Translations under genes and position numbers: made by a program
The notes under the pieces: model-generated
What the model saw: the letters and a program-made list of their open reading frames with translations, nothing else
Told to the model about the DNA's origin: nothing
Database searches by the model: none
Shown: positions 30,739-41,735 of the stretch, one piece after another
Numbering within the stretch: the stretch's first letter is position 1
Layout: each line of letters starts with the position of its first letter
From: an uncultured Acidobacteriota bacterium
GTDB lineage: Bacteria > Acidobacteriota > UBA6911
DNA length: 64,000 bases
Direction: 5' to 3'
NCBI GenBank assembly: GCA_963843575.1
Contig: CAWJKZ010000014.1
Location: 512,001 to 576,000, forward strand

Positions 30739-32751
30739 ATGGCTACCCAGCTGAATATAGACGACCTGTGCATCAATACGATCCGGACCCTGTCCATGGA
30801 TGCGGTCCAGAAAGCCAAGTCGGGACACCCCGGCATGCCGATGGGCATGGCCGCGGCAGCCTATGTGCTCTGGACGCGCTTTCTGCGCCATAACCCGCGC
30901 AACCCGGCGTGGCCGAACCGCGACCGGTTTATCCTCTCGGCCGGGCACGGGTCGATGCTGTTGTACTCGCTGCTCTACCTCACGGGCTACGACCTTCCGC
31001 TCGAAGAGCTTAAGCGGTTCCGACAGTGGGGGAGCAAGACGCCGGGACACCCGGAATTCGGCGAGGTCCCGGGGGCTGAGGTCACGACGGGGCCCCTCGG
31101 GCAGGGCTTCGGAAACGGGATCGGGATGGCCATCGCCGCGCGGCACCTGGCCGCCCGCGTAAACACCCCCGAGCTCCCCGTGATCGACCACTTCATTTAC
31201 GCCATCGTCTCGGATGGGGACCTGATGGAAGGGGTGGCTTCCGAAGCCGCATCACTTGCCGGTCACCTGCGGCTGGGCAACATCATCTACCTCTATGACA
31301 ACAACCGCATCACCATCGAGGGGAGCACGGGGCTGACCTTCACCGAAAACGTGAGCGCCCGCTTCGAAGCCTACGGCTGGCACGTCCAGGAAATTGGCGG
31401 ATATGACCTGGAAGCCATCGACCGCGCCGTACGAAACGCGCAGTCCGTGACCGACCGGCCTTCTCTTATCAACGTACACACACACATCGGCTTCGGGAGC
31501 CCGAACAAGCAGGACACCGCCGAGGCGCACGGTTCCCCCCTGGGCGAAGAGGAGGTGCGTCTCACCAAGCAGAATCTAGGGTGGCCGACCGGCGACGCGT
31601 TCCTGGTCCCGGACGAGGCGCTCGCCACGTTCCGGAGCGCCGTCGACCGGGGCAGCCGCCTCGAGGCCGAGTGGCTGCTGCTGCTCGGGAAGCTCTCCGT
31701 GCAGGCACCCGAGCGCTTCGCCGAGTGGCAGGTGTTGAGCGCCGGTGGACTGCGCCCCGACTGGGAGGCACACGTCCCCGCTTTCGCCGGCGAGACGAAG
31801 CCGATCGCCACCCGAGAGGCCTCGGGTAGGGTGCTCGCAGCCCTGTTCCCACACGCTCCCGGTCTGCTCGGAGGATCGGCCGACCTGTCGCCCTCGACCA
31901 ACACGTACGTCAAGTCCTTCGGTGATTTCTCCGCCGACAACTACCAGGGGCGCAACTTTCACTTCGGCGTCCGGGAACACGGGATGGGGGCCATCCTGAA
32001 CGGCATGGCCGTCGACCGCGCGCTGCGCCCCTACGGCGCGACGTTCCTCGTGTTCTCGGATTACATGCGGGCGAGCGTCCGGCTCGCGGCGCTGATGAAG
32101 ACGCCCGTCATCTACGTGTGGACGCACGACAGCATCGGGTTGGGCGAGGACGGCCCGACCCACCAGCCGGTCGAGCACTTCGCGGCGCTCAGGGCGATCC
32201 CGGGGCTGGTGTTCATCCGGCCCTGCGACGCGGCCGAAACCGCCGAGGCCTGGCGCGCCGCCCTGCGTCACACGTCCGGACCCGTGGCGCTCGCTCTGAC
32301 CCGACAGAAGCTGCCTGCGATCGACCGCAGCCGGTACGGCCGCGCCGACGGGCTGCACCGCGGCGGATATATCCTGTCCGAAGCCGAATCGGGAGCCCCG
32401 GAAGTAGTCATCGTCGCGACCGGTTCCGAAGTCTCGGTGGCCCTGGGGGCCCAGGACCTGCTCGGCAAGCAGGACGTCCCCACGCGCGTGGTAAGCCTGC
32501 CGAGCTGGGAACTGTTCGCCGCCGAGCACCCGGACTACCGGGAATCCGTGATCCCAAGGGCCGCGCGCCTGAGAGTGTCCATCGAGGCCGCGACCTCTTT
32601 CGGGTGGGAACGCTGGGTCGGTGAGGACGGCCTCATCGTCGGCCTGGATCGTTTCGGCGCCTCGGCTCCTTACGAGACCCTGATGCGGGAATTCGGGTTC
32701 ACCCCCGAGGCCGTCGCGAACGAGATCCTGGCGCGCGTCAAGACACGATGA
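30739..32751 (+). CDS. tkt: Transketolase
   Basis: [53 protein letters not shown]. Confidence 0.97.
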   Translation: MATQLNIDDLCINTIRTLSMDAVQKAKSGHPGMPMGMAAAAYVLWTRFLRHNPRNPAWPNRDRFILSAGHGSMLLYSLLYLTGYDLPLEELKRFRQWGSKTPGHPEFGEVPGAEVTTGPLGQGFGNGIGMAIAARHLAARVNTPELPVIDHFIYAIVSDGDLMEGVASEAASLAGHLRLGNIIYLYDNNRITIEGSTGLTFTENVSARFEAYGWHVQEIGGYDLEAIDRAVRNAQSVTDRPSLINVHTHIGFGSPNKQDTAEAHGSPLGEEEVRLTKQNLGWPTGDAFLVPDEALATFRSAVDRGSRLEAEWLLLLGKLSVQAPERFAEWQVLSAGGLRPDWEAHVPAFAGETKPIATREASGRVLAALFPHAPGLLGGSADLSPSTNTYVKSFGDFSADNYQGRNFHFGVREHGMGAILNGMAVDRALRPYGATFLVFSDYMRASVRLAALMKTPVIYVWTHDSIGLGEDGPTHQPVEHFAALRAIPGLVFIRPCDAAETAEAWRAALRHTSGPVALALTRQKLPAIDRSRYGRADGLHRGGYILSEAESGAPEVVIVATGSEVSVALGAQDLLGKQDVPTRVVSLPSWELFAAEHPDYRESVIPRAARLRVSIEAATSFGWERWVGEDGLIVGLDRFGASAPYETLMREFGFTPEAVANEILARVKTR

Positions 32752-32788
32752 ACGTTCGCAGCGGAACACCTTCGAGGAGATACGCCGC

Positions 32789-34354
32789 ATGACCGAAAAC
32801 CGCTCCGCTGCTGCGGTACAGGTAGAAGCCAACCCACTCCGGCACGGCCGCCGCATGAGCCGCAGCGCCGACGCCTGCACGATGGTGATCTTCGGGGGGT
32901 CCGGCGACCTGACCCGCCGCAAGCTCGTCCCGGCACTGTACAGCCTCTCCCGCAAGAGACTCATCCCCGGCGGATTCACCGTGCTTGCGCTCGCGCGCTC
33001 GGCCCTGAGCGACGCCGACTACCGGGAAGTCCTGCGGAAGTGGGTGGACAGCAGCACCGAGGAGGAACGATCCGACCCCGAGACGTGGAATCCGTTTGCC
33101 GATGGCCTGCACTACCTCTCCGCGGATTACCACGATCCGTCCGTGTATCCGCAGATCAAGGAAGCCCTGGCCGCATTCGACCAAACCCGGGGAACGGGGG
33201 GTAACCGGATCTTCTACTTGGCCACAGCCCCCTCGGATTACGCCGGCATCATCCGCAGCCTCGGCGACTCCGGCCTCGCGCGTGAACACGTCGATGGCGC
33301 CGGCTGGGTCAGGATCATCGTCGAGAAACCGTTCGGACGCGACCTCGATTCCGCCCGCCGCCTCAACGAGGAGGTCAGCGCCGTCTTCGCCGAGGATCAG
33401 GTTTACCGGATCGATCACTACCTGGGTAAGGAGACCGTCCAGAACCTGATGGTGTTTCGGTTCGCGAACGGGATTTTCGAGCCGTTGTGGAACCGGCAGT
33501 ATGTGGACAACGTCCAGATAACGGCTGCCGAGGATATCGGGGTGGGCACCCGAGGAGGGTATTACGAGCAGGCAGGCGCGCTGCGCGACATGATCCAGAA
33601 CCACATGATGCAACTCCTGGCCCTCGTGGCGATGGAACCGCCTCCCGATTTCGCCCCGAACTCGGTCCGAGACGAGAAGGCCAAGGTGCTCCGGTCGATT
33701 CGGTCATCCACAGCTGCCGAAGCGCGTGCCAACTCCGTGCGTGCGCAGTACGGCCCAGGGTTCATCGGCGGCAAGGCGGTCCCCGGGTATCTCGACGAAA
33801 AGGGCGTCGTCCCGGCCTCTCGCACCGAGACCTTCGCGGCGCTGCGGTTTGTGATCGACAACTGGCGCTGGGCCGGCGTCCCCTTTTACCTGCGCACCGG
33901 GAAAAACCTCTCCAAGCGCATCACGGAAATTGCCATCACCTTCCGCTGCACGCCCCATCTGATTTTCGCGGAGGCAGGGGCCGAGCACGCGGACGCCAAC
34001 GTTTTAGCCATGCGCATACAGCCCGACGAAGGGATCACCCTGAAATTCAACGCGAAGCCGCCCGGGCAGGCCATGTCGGTGCGTCCAGTCAACATGGATT
34101 TCCGTTACGGCACGACCTTCGGCCTGCACCTCGCGAGCGCCTACGAGCGCCTTCTCCTTGACTGCATGCTTGGAGATCCGACCTTGTTCGACCGCGCCGA
34201 TTCCGTCGAAGCCGCTTGGCGGATCGTCATGCCGTTCATGGAGGGGTGGGCTGCCGACGAGGCGCCCCTCCCGACCTATGCCTCCGGCTCCTGGGGACCT
34301 GCGGAGGCCGACGGACTCCTGCTGAAGGACGGAAAACACTGGCGGCTGATATGA
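32789..34354 (+). CDS. zwf: Glucose-6-phosphate 1-dehydrogenase
   Basis: FGGSGDL, EKPFG, RIDHYLGKETVQN, RDMIQNH, RWAGVPFYLRTGK. Confidence 0.97.
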   Translation: MTENRSAAAVQVEANPLRHGRRMSRSADACTMVIFGGSGDLTRRKLVPALYSLSRKRLIPGGFTVLALARSALSDADYREVLRKWVDSSTEEERSDPETWNPFADGLHYLSADYHDPSVYPQIKEALAAFDQTRGTGGNRIFYLATAPSDYAGIIRSLGDSGLAREHVDGAGWVRIIVEKPFGRDLDSARRLNEEVSAVFAEDQVYRIDHYLGKETVQNLMVFRFANGIFEPLWNRQYVDNVQITAAEDIGVGTRGGYYEQAGALRDMIQNHMMQLLALVAMEPPPDFAPNSVRDEKAKVLRSIRSSTAAEARANSVRAQYGPGFIGGKAVPGYLDEKGVVPASRTETFAALRFVIDNWRWAGVPFYLRTGKNLSKRITEIAITFRCTPHLIFAEAGAEHADANVLAMRIQPDEGITLKFNAKPPGQAMSVRPVNMDFRYGTTFGLHLASAYERLLLDCMLGDPTLFDRADSVEAAWRIVMPFMEGWAADEAPLPTYASGSWGPAEADGLLLKDGKHWRLI

Positions 34355-34367
34355 GGACCCGCACCCG

Positions 34368-35516
34368 ATGAGCGACCGCGAACCTGGAAACAACCTGGGG
34401 ACGCCAGTCCCGGTGGATGTCGCCTCGATCGAACGCGAACTCGCCGGGCTCTGGAAGGCCGCCTCGGCGTCCGAGGGCGAAACGGCCGTGATCAGGGCCT
34501 GTTCGTGCAACCTGGTGGTGATCGCGGAAGACCGCGCCGAGGCTGCCGCCGTTCTCCCCGTGCTGGCGAGAGTATCCGAATCGCACCCCGCACGCTGCCT
34601 CGTTGCCTATCGCGAACCGTCCGACGGGTCGCGCGCGGCTGAAGCCCGGATGGATGCCTGGATCAGCGCCCAGTGTTCCCTTCCCGTCGCGGGCCGCCCG
34701 CAGATCTGTTCGGAAGTCATCACCCTCGCATCTCCCGACAGCGCTGCCGGCGACCTTCCCAACACGCTCCTGTCGCTGCTCGTGCCCGATCTTCGGGTCT
34801 ACCTGTACTGGCGCTCCTTCAGGGAATTCGATTGGGGGTGGGTCGCGCGGGTTGCCCGGTTTTCGAGCCTCCTTATCGTGGACTCGCACAAGTCGAAGGA
34901 CGACCCGGGCAATCGCCAGCGCATCCTCGAAACCCTGACGGACTCCCCCGGCGCCATCCCGGTGCGAGATCTGAACTGGTCGCGCCTCACCGCGTGGCGT
35001 GATCTCGTCACTCAATTCTTCGACAATCCCGCCTTTCGCGACGACGTGTACCGGATTTCCGAGGTCGACATCTCGCGGGCGCTCGGCGCGCCCGGAAACC
35101 TGCCGACCCGCACCCTGCTGCTCACCGGTTGGCTAGCCTCGCGGCTCAGGTGGCGCAGGATCTCCGCCGAGCGCTCCACCGACGATTGGATTTCGCGCTG
35201 GCAGAGCCCTTCGGGGGAAGTGAAGGTGCGGTTCACGGGCCGTCCCGCCCTTTCGGACCAGCAGCCGGACATCAGTTCGCTCAAGCTCCGGACACGCAGC
35301 GGGAACACCTTTTCCGTCTTCCGCGACACCGGATCGTCCGTCCTGAAGGCGACCGCATCCGGTCAGGGAGGACCCGCCTTCGCTCACTCCGTCCCCCAGA
35401 AGTCGATGGACGAAGCCGATCTCCTCGCGGGCGAGCTTTCGCTCACCGGCGAAGATGCCGGTTTTCGCGCAGCCCTGACCGAAGCTCTCGAACTTGAAAA
35501 AGGATTTCGGCGATGA
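34368..35516 (+). CDS. opcA: G6PDH assembly/activator protein OpcA
   Basis: IERELAGLW, HPARCL, LLVPDL.VYLYW, DLNWSRLTAWR, GWLASRL; follows zwf. Confidence 0.88.
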   Translation: MSDREPGNNLGTPVPVDVASIERELAGLWKAASASEGETAVIRACSCNLVVIAEDRAEAAAVLPVLARVSESHPARCLVAYREPSDGSRAAEARMDAWISAQCSLPVAGRPQICSEVITLASPDSAAGDLPNTLLSLLVPDLRVYLYWRSFREFDWGWVARVARFSSLLIVDSHKSKDDPGNRQRILETLTDSPGAIPVRDLNWSRLTAWRDLVTQFFDNPAFRDDVYRISEVDISRALGAPGNLPTRTLLLTGWLASRLRWRRISAERSTDDWISRWQSPSGEVKVRFTGRPALSDQQPDISSLKLRTRSGNTFSVFRDTGSSVLKATASGQGGPAFAHSVPQKSMDEADLLAGELSLTGEDAGFRAALTEALELEKGFRR

Positions 35517-36247
35517 CCGCCGATCGCCCCGAATTGCTGGTGTTCCCGGACGAGGCCGCGTTGTGCCGAGCCGCTGCCCGCGCCATAGCGGACTCCCTGG
35601 CGAGCCTCCTGCAGGACAGGGGTAACGTCCCCCTGGTGTTGACCGGAGGCAGGACGCCTGCGCCCGTGTACGAACTCCTGGCGGATCCTCCGCTGCGCGA
35701 CGCCATCGACTGGCGCAGGGTCCATTTTTTCTGGGGGGACGAGCGCTGCGTGCGCCCTCAAGACCCGGAGAGCAATTTCCGGATGGCCTCCGCGTCTCTA
35801 CTCTCCCGCGTCCCGGTCCGGAACGAGCAGGTGCATAGGATCGAGGCAGAGCTGGCGGATCCCGAAGAGGCCGCTCAGCGCTACGAAGCCCAGATCCGCG
35901 CGTTCTTTCCCGGGGCCGCCCTGCCCTCGTTCGATCTGGTCCTGCTCGGGATGGGCGCCGACGGCCACACGGCGTCGCTGTTTCCGGGTGCGACGTGGGA
36001 TGAAGGGCGCCTGGTCGTCCCTGTCTATGCCCCGGCGCTGAAGTCCTTCCGCATCAGCATGACCCCGCGGCTGCTGAACGCCGCCCGCCGGATCCTTTTC
36101 ATCGTGGCCGGCCAGGCAAAGGCCCAGGCCCTCAGGGACGTCCTCTCCGCAACGGACCGGGCGCTGCCTGCGGCGCGGATCCGTCTCGCCGGCGGGCGCC
36201 TCACCTGGATGGTCGACCAGACGGCCGCGGGCCTGATCGGGGGTTGA
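35513..36247 (+). CDS. pgl: 6-phosphogluconolactonase
   Basis: LTGGRTP, WGDERCV, LLGMGADGHTASLFP. Confidence 0.95.
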   Translation: MTADRPELLVFPDEAALCRAAARAIADSLASLLQDRGNVPLVLTGGRTPAPVYELLADPPLRDAIDWRRVHFFWGDERCVRPQDPESNFRMASASLLSRVPVRNEQVHRIEAELADPEEAAQRYEAQIRAFFPGAALPSFDLVLLGMGADGHTASLFPGATWDEGRLVVPVYAPALKSFRISMTPRLLNAARRILFIVAGQAKAQALRDVLSATDRALPAARIRLAGGRLTWMVDQTAAGLIGG

Positions 36248-36397
36248 ACTCGGAGGTTGTGAATCCTTGCTGAAGCCTTCGAAGCGCTTGCCGCGGTCCG
36301 CCTCCAGGACTCGACGCTTCAAGGAAATCGAACAGCCGCAGCGACCGTGCGAGATTCGCTGAATCTCCGCGCTGAAGAGAGATTACGGATCAGTGCC

Positions 36398-38158
36398 ATG
36401 AAGCATCCGAACCTGAGGAGTTATCTCGACACTCTCCTGAAAGAAAAGGAACTGCACGTCGTCGAGCAGGAAGTGGATCCCTGCCTCGAGCTGGCCGAGA
36501 TACAGCGGCGCGTTGTCGCCCAGCAGGGCCCGGCGCTGCTCTTCACCCGTGTCCGAGGCACGCGCTTCCCCGTTGTGACGAACATGTTCGGCACGCGGCG
36601 CCGCATCGATATAGCCTTCGGCGAGGACCCGGGACGGTTTATCCGCCGGTTGGCGCAGGCGGCCGAGATGCTCGTGCCGGCCCGGTTCGCGGACCTGCTG
36701 CAGTTTCGCGACCTCGCCTGGACCGCTGTCCGGTTGGGTTCCCGCAAACGTCGCACCGGCGCCGTCCTGAACAACCTCGTCCAACCGCCACGGCTCACGG
36801 AACTGCCCCAGCTCAAGAGTTGGCCCGAGGACGGCGGCCCGTTCCTCACGCTCCCGCTCGTATACACCGAGCACCCCTTGACGGGCAGGGGCAATCTGGG
36901 GATGTACCGAACCCAGATTTACGATGAACGGACGCTCGGAATGCACTTCCAGATCCATCGCGGCGGCGGTTTCCACTATCACGCCGCCGAGCAGTCCGGA
37001 GTTGCCCTACCGGCCGTTCTCTTCTTGGGTGGCCCGCCGGCGCTTATCCTGTCGGCGATCGCTCCGCTTCCGGAGAATGTGCCTGAGCTGACTCTCGCCT
37101 CCCTGCTGCAGAGCGGGCGGCTTCACGTGGTGCGCGACCCAAAAGTCAGTCCGCTCCCGGTGATCGCCGAGTCCGACTTCGCCCTGATCGGCCGGATTCC
37201 ACCCGGCCTGCGCCGGCTTGAAGGCCCGTTCGGAGACCACTACGGCTACTACTCCCTCGCCCACGAGTACCCGGTCTTTGAGGTGGAGAAGATGTGCTAC
37301 CGCAATAACGCGATTTTCCCTGCCACCGTCGTGGGGAGGCCGCCGCAGGAAGACCACTATATCGGGGAGTACCTGCAGGACCTCTTCGCACCCGTGTTCC
37401 CCCTCGTGATGAACGGGGTCCTGAAGGTGTGGGCCTACGACGACGCCGGCGTTCACCCCCTGGCTGCGGCGGTTGTACGTGAGCGTTACCGCAGGGAGGC
37501 GTTCATGGCTGCCCTGCGGATCCTCGGTGAAGGCCAACTCTCGCTGACCAAGGTTTTGATCGCCACCGATGCGGTCATCGATCTCCGGGAGTTCCGCAAG
37601 GTCTTGGTGCATGTTCTCGAACGCGCGGACTTCGCGACCGACCTGTTCGTCTTCTCGAATGTCTCTCAGGACACTCTCGACTACAGCACCAGGACTCTGA
37701 ACGAAGGGAGCAAGGCCATCCTGCTCGGGCTGGGTGAGGCGCGGCACGCGCTGGTGGCGGAGCCGCGGGAGGCTCTTCGCGACCTCCGGTTTAGCAGACA
37801 GGCCGTGTATGCCCCCGGGGTGCTGGTGGTCTCTGGACCGGCGTGGCGCGAGGGCGACGGCGCCGTCGCTCAGCTCCTCCGGGAACCGGCCGTTCAGCCG
37901 TTCCGGCTGGTCTGTCTCGTCGACGATGCCGCCGAAGACGTCGTGCGTGACGACGCCTCGTTTCTCTGGACGGTGTTCACCCGCTTTGAACCGGCCGCGG
38001 ACCTGCACGCGCGATCGGTCACCCTGGAGCGCTATCACGTCCGGCTAACCGCCCCGCTCGTATTCGACTGCCGCATCAAACCCTGGCACCCGCCTCCGGT
38101 CGCGCCTCTCCAGGAGACGGTCGCCCGGGTGGATGCCCTCTGGGGGAAGATCTTCTGA
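36398..38158 (+). CDS. UbiD family decarboxylase (possibly menaquinone-pathway MqnL-like)
   Basis: WPEDGGPF.TLP, NLGMYR.Q, EGPFGDHYGYY, VGRPPQED, DTLDY. Confidence 0.88.
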   Translation: MKHPNLRSYLDTLLKEKELHVVEQEVDPCLELAEIQRRVVAQQGPALLFTRVRGTRFPVVTNMFGTRRRIDIAFGEDPGRFIRRLAQAAEMLVPARFADLLQFRDLAWTAVRLGSRKRRTGAVLNNLVQPPRLTELPQLKSWPEDGGPFLTLPLVYTEHPLTGRGNLGMYRTQIYDERTLGMHFQIHRGGGFHYHAAEQSGVALPAVLFLGGPPALILSAIAPLPENVPELTLASLLQSGRLHVVRDPKVSPLPVIAESDFALIGRIPPGLRRLEGPFGDHYGYYSLAHEYPVFEVEKMCYRNNAIFPATVVGRPPQEDHYIGEYLQDLFAPVFPLVMNGVLKVWAYDDAGVHPLAAAVVRERYRREAFMAALRILGEGQLSLTKVLIATDAVIDLREFRKVLVHVLERADFATDLFVFSNVSQDTLDYSTRTLNEGSKAILLGLGEARHALVAEPREALRDLRFSRQAVYAPGVLVVSGPAWREGDGAVAQLLREPAVQPFRLVCLVDDAAEDVVRDDASFLWTVFTRFEPAADLHARSVTLERYHVRLTAPLVFDCRIKPWHPPPVAPLQETVARVDALWGKIF

Positions 38159-38264
38159 GGCAGCGGTCACGGTTTGACCGGGGAGCGCTCGAAAAGCCTG
38201 ACAGGCACCGCTCGCGGGCCGCGGTGCGGCTGTGACGGGCCGCTCCGAGCCCGGCGCCTCCGCG

Positions 38265-40413
38265 TCAGCCCGGGAGGCAGCAATCCCGCTCCCTCGCGTC
38301 CTGTTGAGCTGTCTCGGCGCCCGTCGCGACGACGGAAACACCATGTGCAGCCAGGAAGCGCCCCAGGGCCATCAGGGGAAAGTAAAGACGGTAGAGGTGG
38401 TAACGAAGATAGAACACGCGTGGGAATCCGGTCCCGGTAAACCAGGTCTCGACCCAGGCTCCCGCGGGGTCACCGTCCGGATTGACGCGCGGGTCGGCCG
38501 CCTGCTCAGGCGACAGCTGGGTGCAGGCCAGCCAATCCAGGGCTCTCAGCAGATCGGGGTCGTTGCACCCGAAAATCTCCTGCAACACCATAGCGGCCCA
38601 GGCCGTCTGCGACGCCGTGGACGGGCCCCTCCCCTTGAGCGAGGAGTCGACGTAGCTGTCGGCCGATTCGCCGAAGGAACCGTCCGGCTTCTGGACGGAC
38701 TTGATCCACGCACCCGCACGCTGGATCCATGGCTGTTGGCGCTCGACGCCACAACGGATCGGGCCGACGACAGCCTGCCAGGTCCCGTAAATGTAATTCA
38801 CCCCCCAACGGCCCGTCCAGCAGCCCTCCGGGGCCTGGTGGGCTTTTATGTACTCGACCGCCCGCTGCACCGCCTCGTGCCGGCTGTCAAAACCGTGCCA
38901 GCTCAAGCATTCCAGGACGCGCCCCGTGATGTCGGCGCACGACGGGTCCTGCATGGCGTTGTGGTCGGCAAAGGGTATGTACTCGAGAATTCGCCGATGC
39001 GTGGTCTTGTCGAATGCGGCCCAGCCGCCATCCTCGTTCTGCAGGGCGAGCAACCACTGGACGCCGCGGTCGGCGGCGTCGCAGCCCCGCGCGGCTGCCG
39101 GCGCGCCTGAGCGCCATCGCGACCATGGCGGTGTCGTCGCAGTCCGGGTACCAGGCGTTGTGGTATTCGAAATACCAGCCCGCCGGTTCGACACCAGGTG
39201 CGACATTGGCGGCCCAATCGCCGAGGTGGCGGCACTCTCTTGTGAGGAGCCACTCCGACGCCCGCAAGGCCGGTTTCTGAGCGGAGGTCATCCCGCAATC
39301 CGTCAGCGCATAGAGTGCCGTCCCGGTATCCCAGACCGGGCTGAAGCACGGCTGCAACCGGATCCTGCCGTCCTGCTCGATCATCAGGGCGTCCAGCTCG
39401 CTCTCGGCCCGGCGGATCACCGGGTGTTCCCTGCCGAAACCGAGCGCCTTCAAGGCAATCTGCAGGTAGACCATCGGAGGGAAGATGGCGCCGAGCCCGT
39501 CCGTACAGGCGGTCCCGTCCTGCCCGGCCCGCCTGACGATCCACTCGGTCGCGCGCCGGATGGCAATGCGCCGCACCGGCGTCCCTCCCAGGGCTTGCAC
39601 GGCCTTCATGATCGAATCCATGGTGAAAAAAAAGGTCGCCCAGCCCGATGGTGCGTTGGTGCGGTTCCTCAACCGGTGGCGCAAGCGGGGATCGACGAAC
39701 AGTTCGTCGATCCCCATGCCCGCGGGGAGCGCGCGCATCGGCCTGAGAGTGACGACGAGGGAGAGCGGCAGCAGCATCGTACGCGTCCACGCGCTCACCT
39801 TGTTCATGTGAAAATAGAACCAGTGCGGCAGAAACACCAGTTCCGGCGGCATCGCCGGCACCGCGTTCCATGACACCTGACCCAGGCAGGCCAGGTAAAA
39901 CTTCGTGAAGCTGTTGCAGTTTTCCGCCCCGCCGAGCCGCACCACCGCATCTCGGGCAGCGACCATGTGAGGCGCTCCGACATCGTCGCCGAGCAGCTTG
40001 AGGGCGAAGTAGGCCTTGACGGTGCCGCTCACATCCACGGCAGATCCGGGATACAATCCCCAACCCCCGTCCTCCCGCTGCAGGCTGCGCAGATAGGCCG
40101 AGAGCTTGAGCAAAGTCTGCCAACCGTCGGCGACGCTGCCATCCGCGGCCGGCGACGTCGGCTGCCGCTCCTGCCCGAGAATGAACTTCATCAGGATGTA
40201 CTCGCTCTCCAGGATCGAGTCGCCCTGTAACTCGCCGCACCATTCCCCGTCCGCCTTCTGCAGACGGGTGAGCGCCGTCAACGCGCGCTGGGCGGCACCG
40301 AGAAACCGGCGGCAATCGAGCAGGGAAAGTTTTCCTTCAACCTGGTCGGCCAAAGCCTTCTCCAGCAGAAACACCTGAGAACGGGGCTTCCGAAAAACGA
40401 GGGCTGCCGGCAC
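38265..40413 (-). CDS. shc: Squalene-hopene cyclase, frameshift near 39085; start uncertain
   Basis: QW repeats (QREDGGW, QNEDGGW), QPCFSPVWDT, catalytic YPDCDDTA, GRWGVNYIYGT, FTGTGFPRVFYLRY. Confidence 0.93.
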
Positions 40414-40598
40414 TGCGCCTGCTCCGGCTGCGCCTTGCTGCTCTGACCCCCGAACGGCGGAACTCCTCGGGAGCGGGACGGTCCCGGCGACGCGGTGACG
40501 CGTCCCGGAACGCGCATTTTACTTATCCTTCCGTATCATATGAGCTATCGTTTGGGCTCTGCAAGCGGAAATGGCCCGGGGGCTTTGCCGGCCACCGG

Positions 40599-41693
40599 TT
40601 GAATTTTGCGACAGAAACCGGGTACGATGAATTTTTCCTAACAGGGCCACGCGTGCGACGCCTGCCGGACGGGTTGAACGAGATACTCCGAAGCGTCTCC
40701 CGGTCGTTCTATCTCACCCTCCGGGTGCTCCCCTCGGCGGTGCGTCTCCAGATCAGTCTGGGGTACCTTCTGGCCCGCGCCGGGGACACGATAGCCGACA
40801 CCCGGCTCGTCCCCGCCGAATACCGCAGCGCGGCACTGCGCCGCTTGTCCGCCGCGATCCTCGACGCAGCCCAAGGAACGGACCCCGACCCGGCACTGAT
40901 TATGGGGGCGGCCGCTGCCCGGCTCGGCGGCTCGGCTGGAGCCTGCTCCCCGGCCGAGGAACTGCTCCTCGAATCCATCCCCGCGATCCTCCGGATCATG
41001 CGCGACCTTCCGCAACAGGACAGGTCGAGCCTCGGGACCGTGCTGCAGACAATCCTGACCGGCCAACAGGACGACTTGCTTCGCTTCGGGTCCCCCGCAA
41101 AAACCGGGATCCACTCCCTGGAAACCGATGCGGAGCTGGACGACTATGCCTACCGCGTCGCAGGCTGCGTCGGGGAGTTCTGGACCCGCACCTGCCGCGC
41201 CCATCTCTTCCCCGACGCCGTAATCGACTACGACTTATTCCTGGCCGAGGGCGTACGATTCGGCAAGGGGCTGCAGTTCGTCAACATCCTGAGGGACCTT
41301 CCCGCGGACCTGCGGCAGGGGCGCTGTTACCTGCCGCTTCGCCGGCTTGAGACGCTGGGGTTGCAGCCGCAGCGGCTGCTCGACGCCTCCACGATGGAGG
41401 TTTTGCGGCCCCTGTACGACGAGTATGCCGAACGGGCCTTGGGGCATCTCTCGGCAGGCTGGCACTACACGGGCACCGTCCCCATCACACAGCCACGGGT
41501 GCGGCTGGCCTGCGCCTGGCCGATCCTGATAGGGTTGAAGACGCTCGCACGGCTGCGCAGGGCGAACGTACTCGACGCGCGGCAGACCGTCAGAGTCACC
41601 AGGCTCGAGGTCCGGGATCTGATCCTCCAATCGATCGTCAGATACCCGTTCCCGGCCGCATGGGGCAGGTTATTCCACATTGCACGGGGCTGA
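40599..41693 (+). CDS. Squalene/phytoene synthase family protein (squalene-synthase-like); start uncertain
   Basis: VSRSF, YLLARAGDTIAD, YAYRVAGCVGEFWT, GKGLQFVNILRD; divergent from shc. Confidence 0.85.
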   Translation: MNFATETGYDEFFLTGPRVRRLPDGLNEILRSVSRSFYLTLRVLPSAVRLQISLGYLLARAGDTIADTRLVPAEYRSAALRRLSAAILDAAQGTDPDPALIMGAAAARLGGSAGACSPAEELLLESIPAILRIMRDLPQQDRSSLGTVLQTILTGQQDDLLRFGSPAKTGIHSLETDAELDDYAYRVAGCVGEFWTRTCRAHLFPDAVIDYDLFLAEGVRFGKGLQFVNILRDLPADLRQGRCYLPLRRLETLGLQPQRLLDASTMEVLRPLYDEYAERALGHLSAGWHYTGTVPITQPRVRLACAWPILIGLKTLARLRRANVLDARQTVRVTRLEVRDLILQSIVRYPFPAAWGRLFHIARG

Positions 41694-41735
41694 GCCCGCG
41701 GCGAGCGGCCGCTCACCCCTCGGACGCGACGGAAA

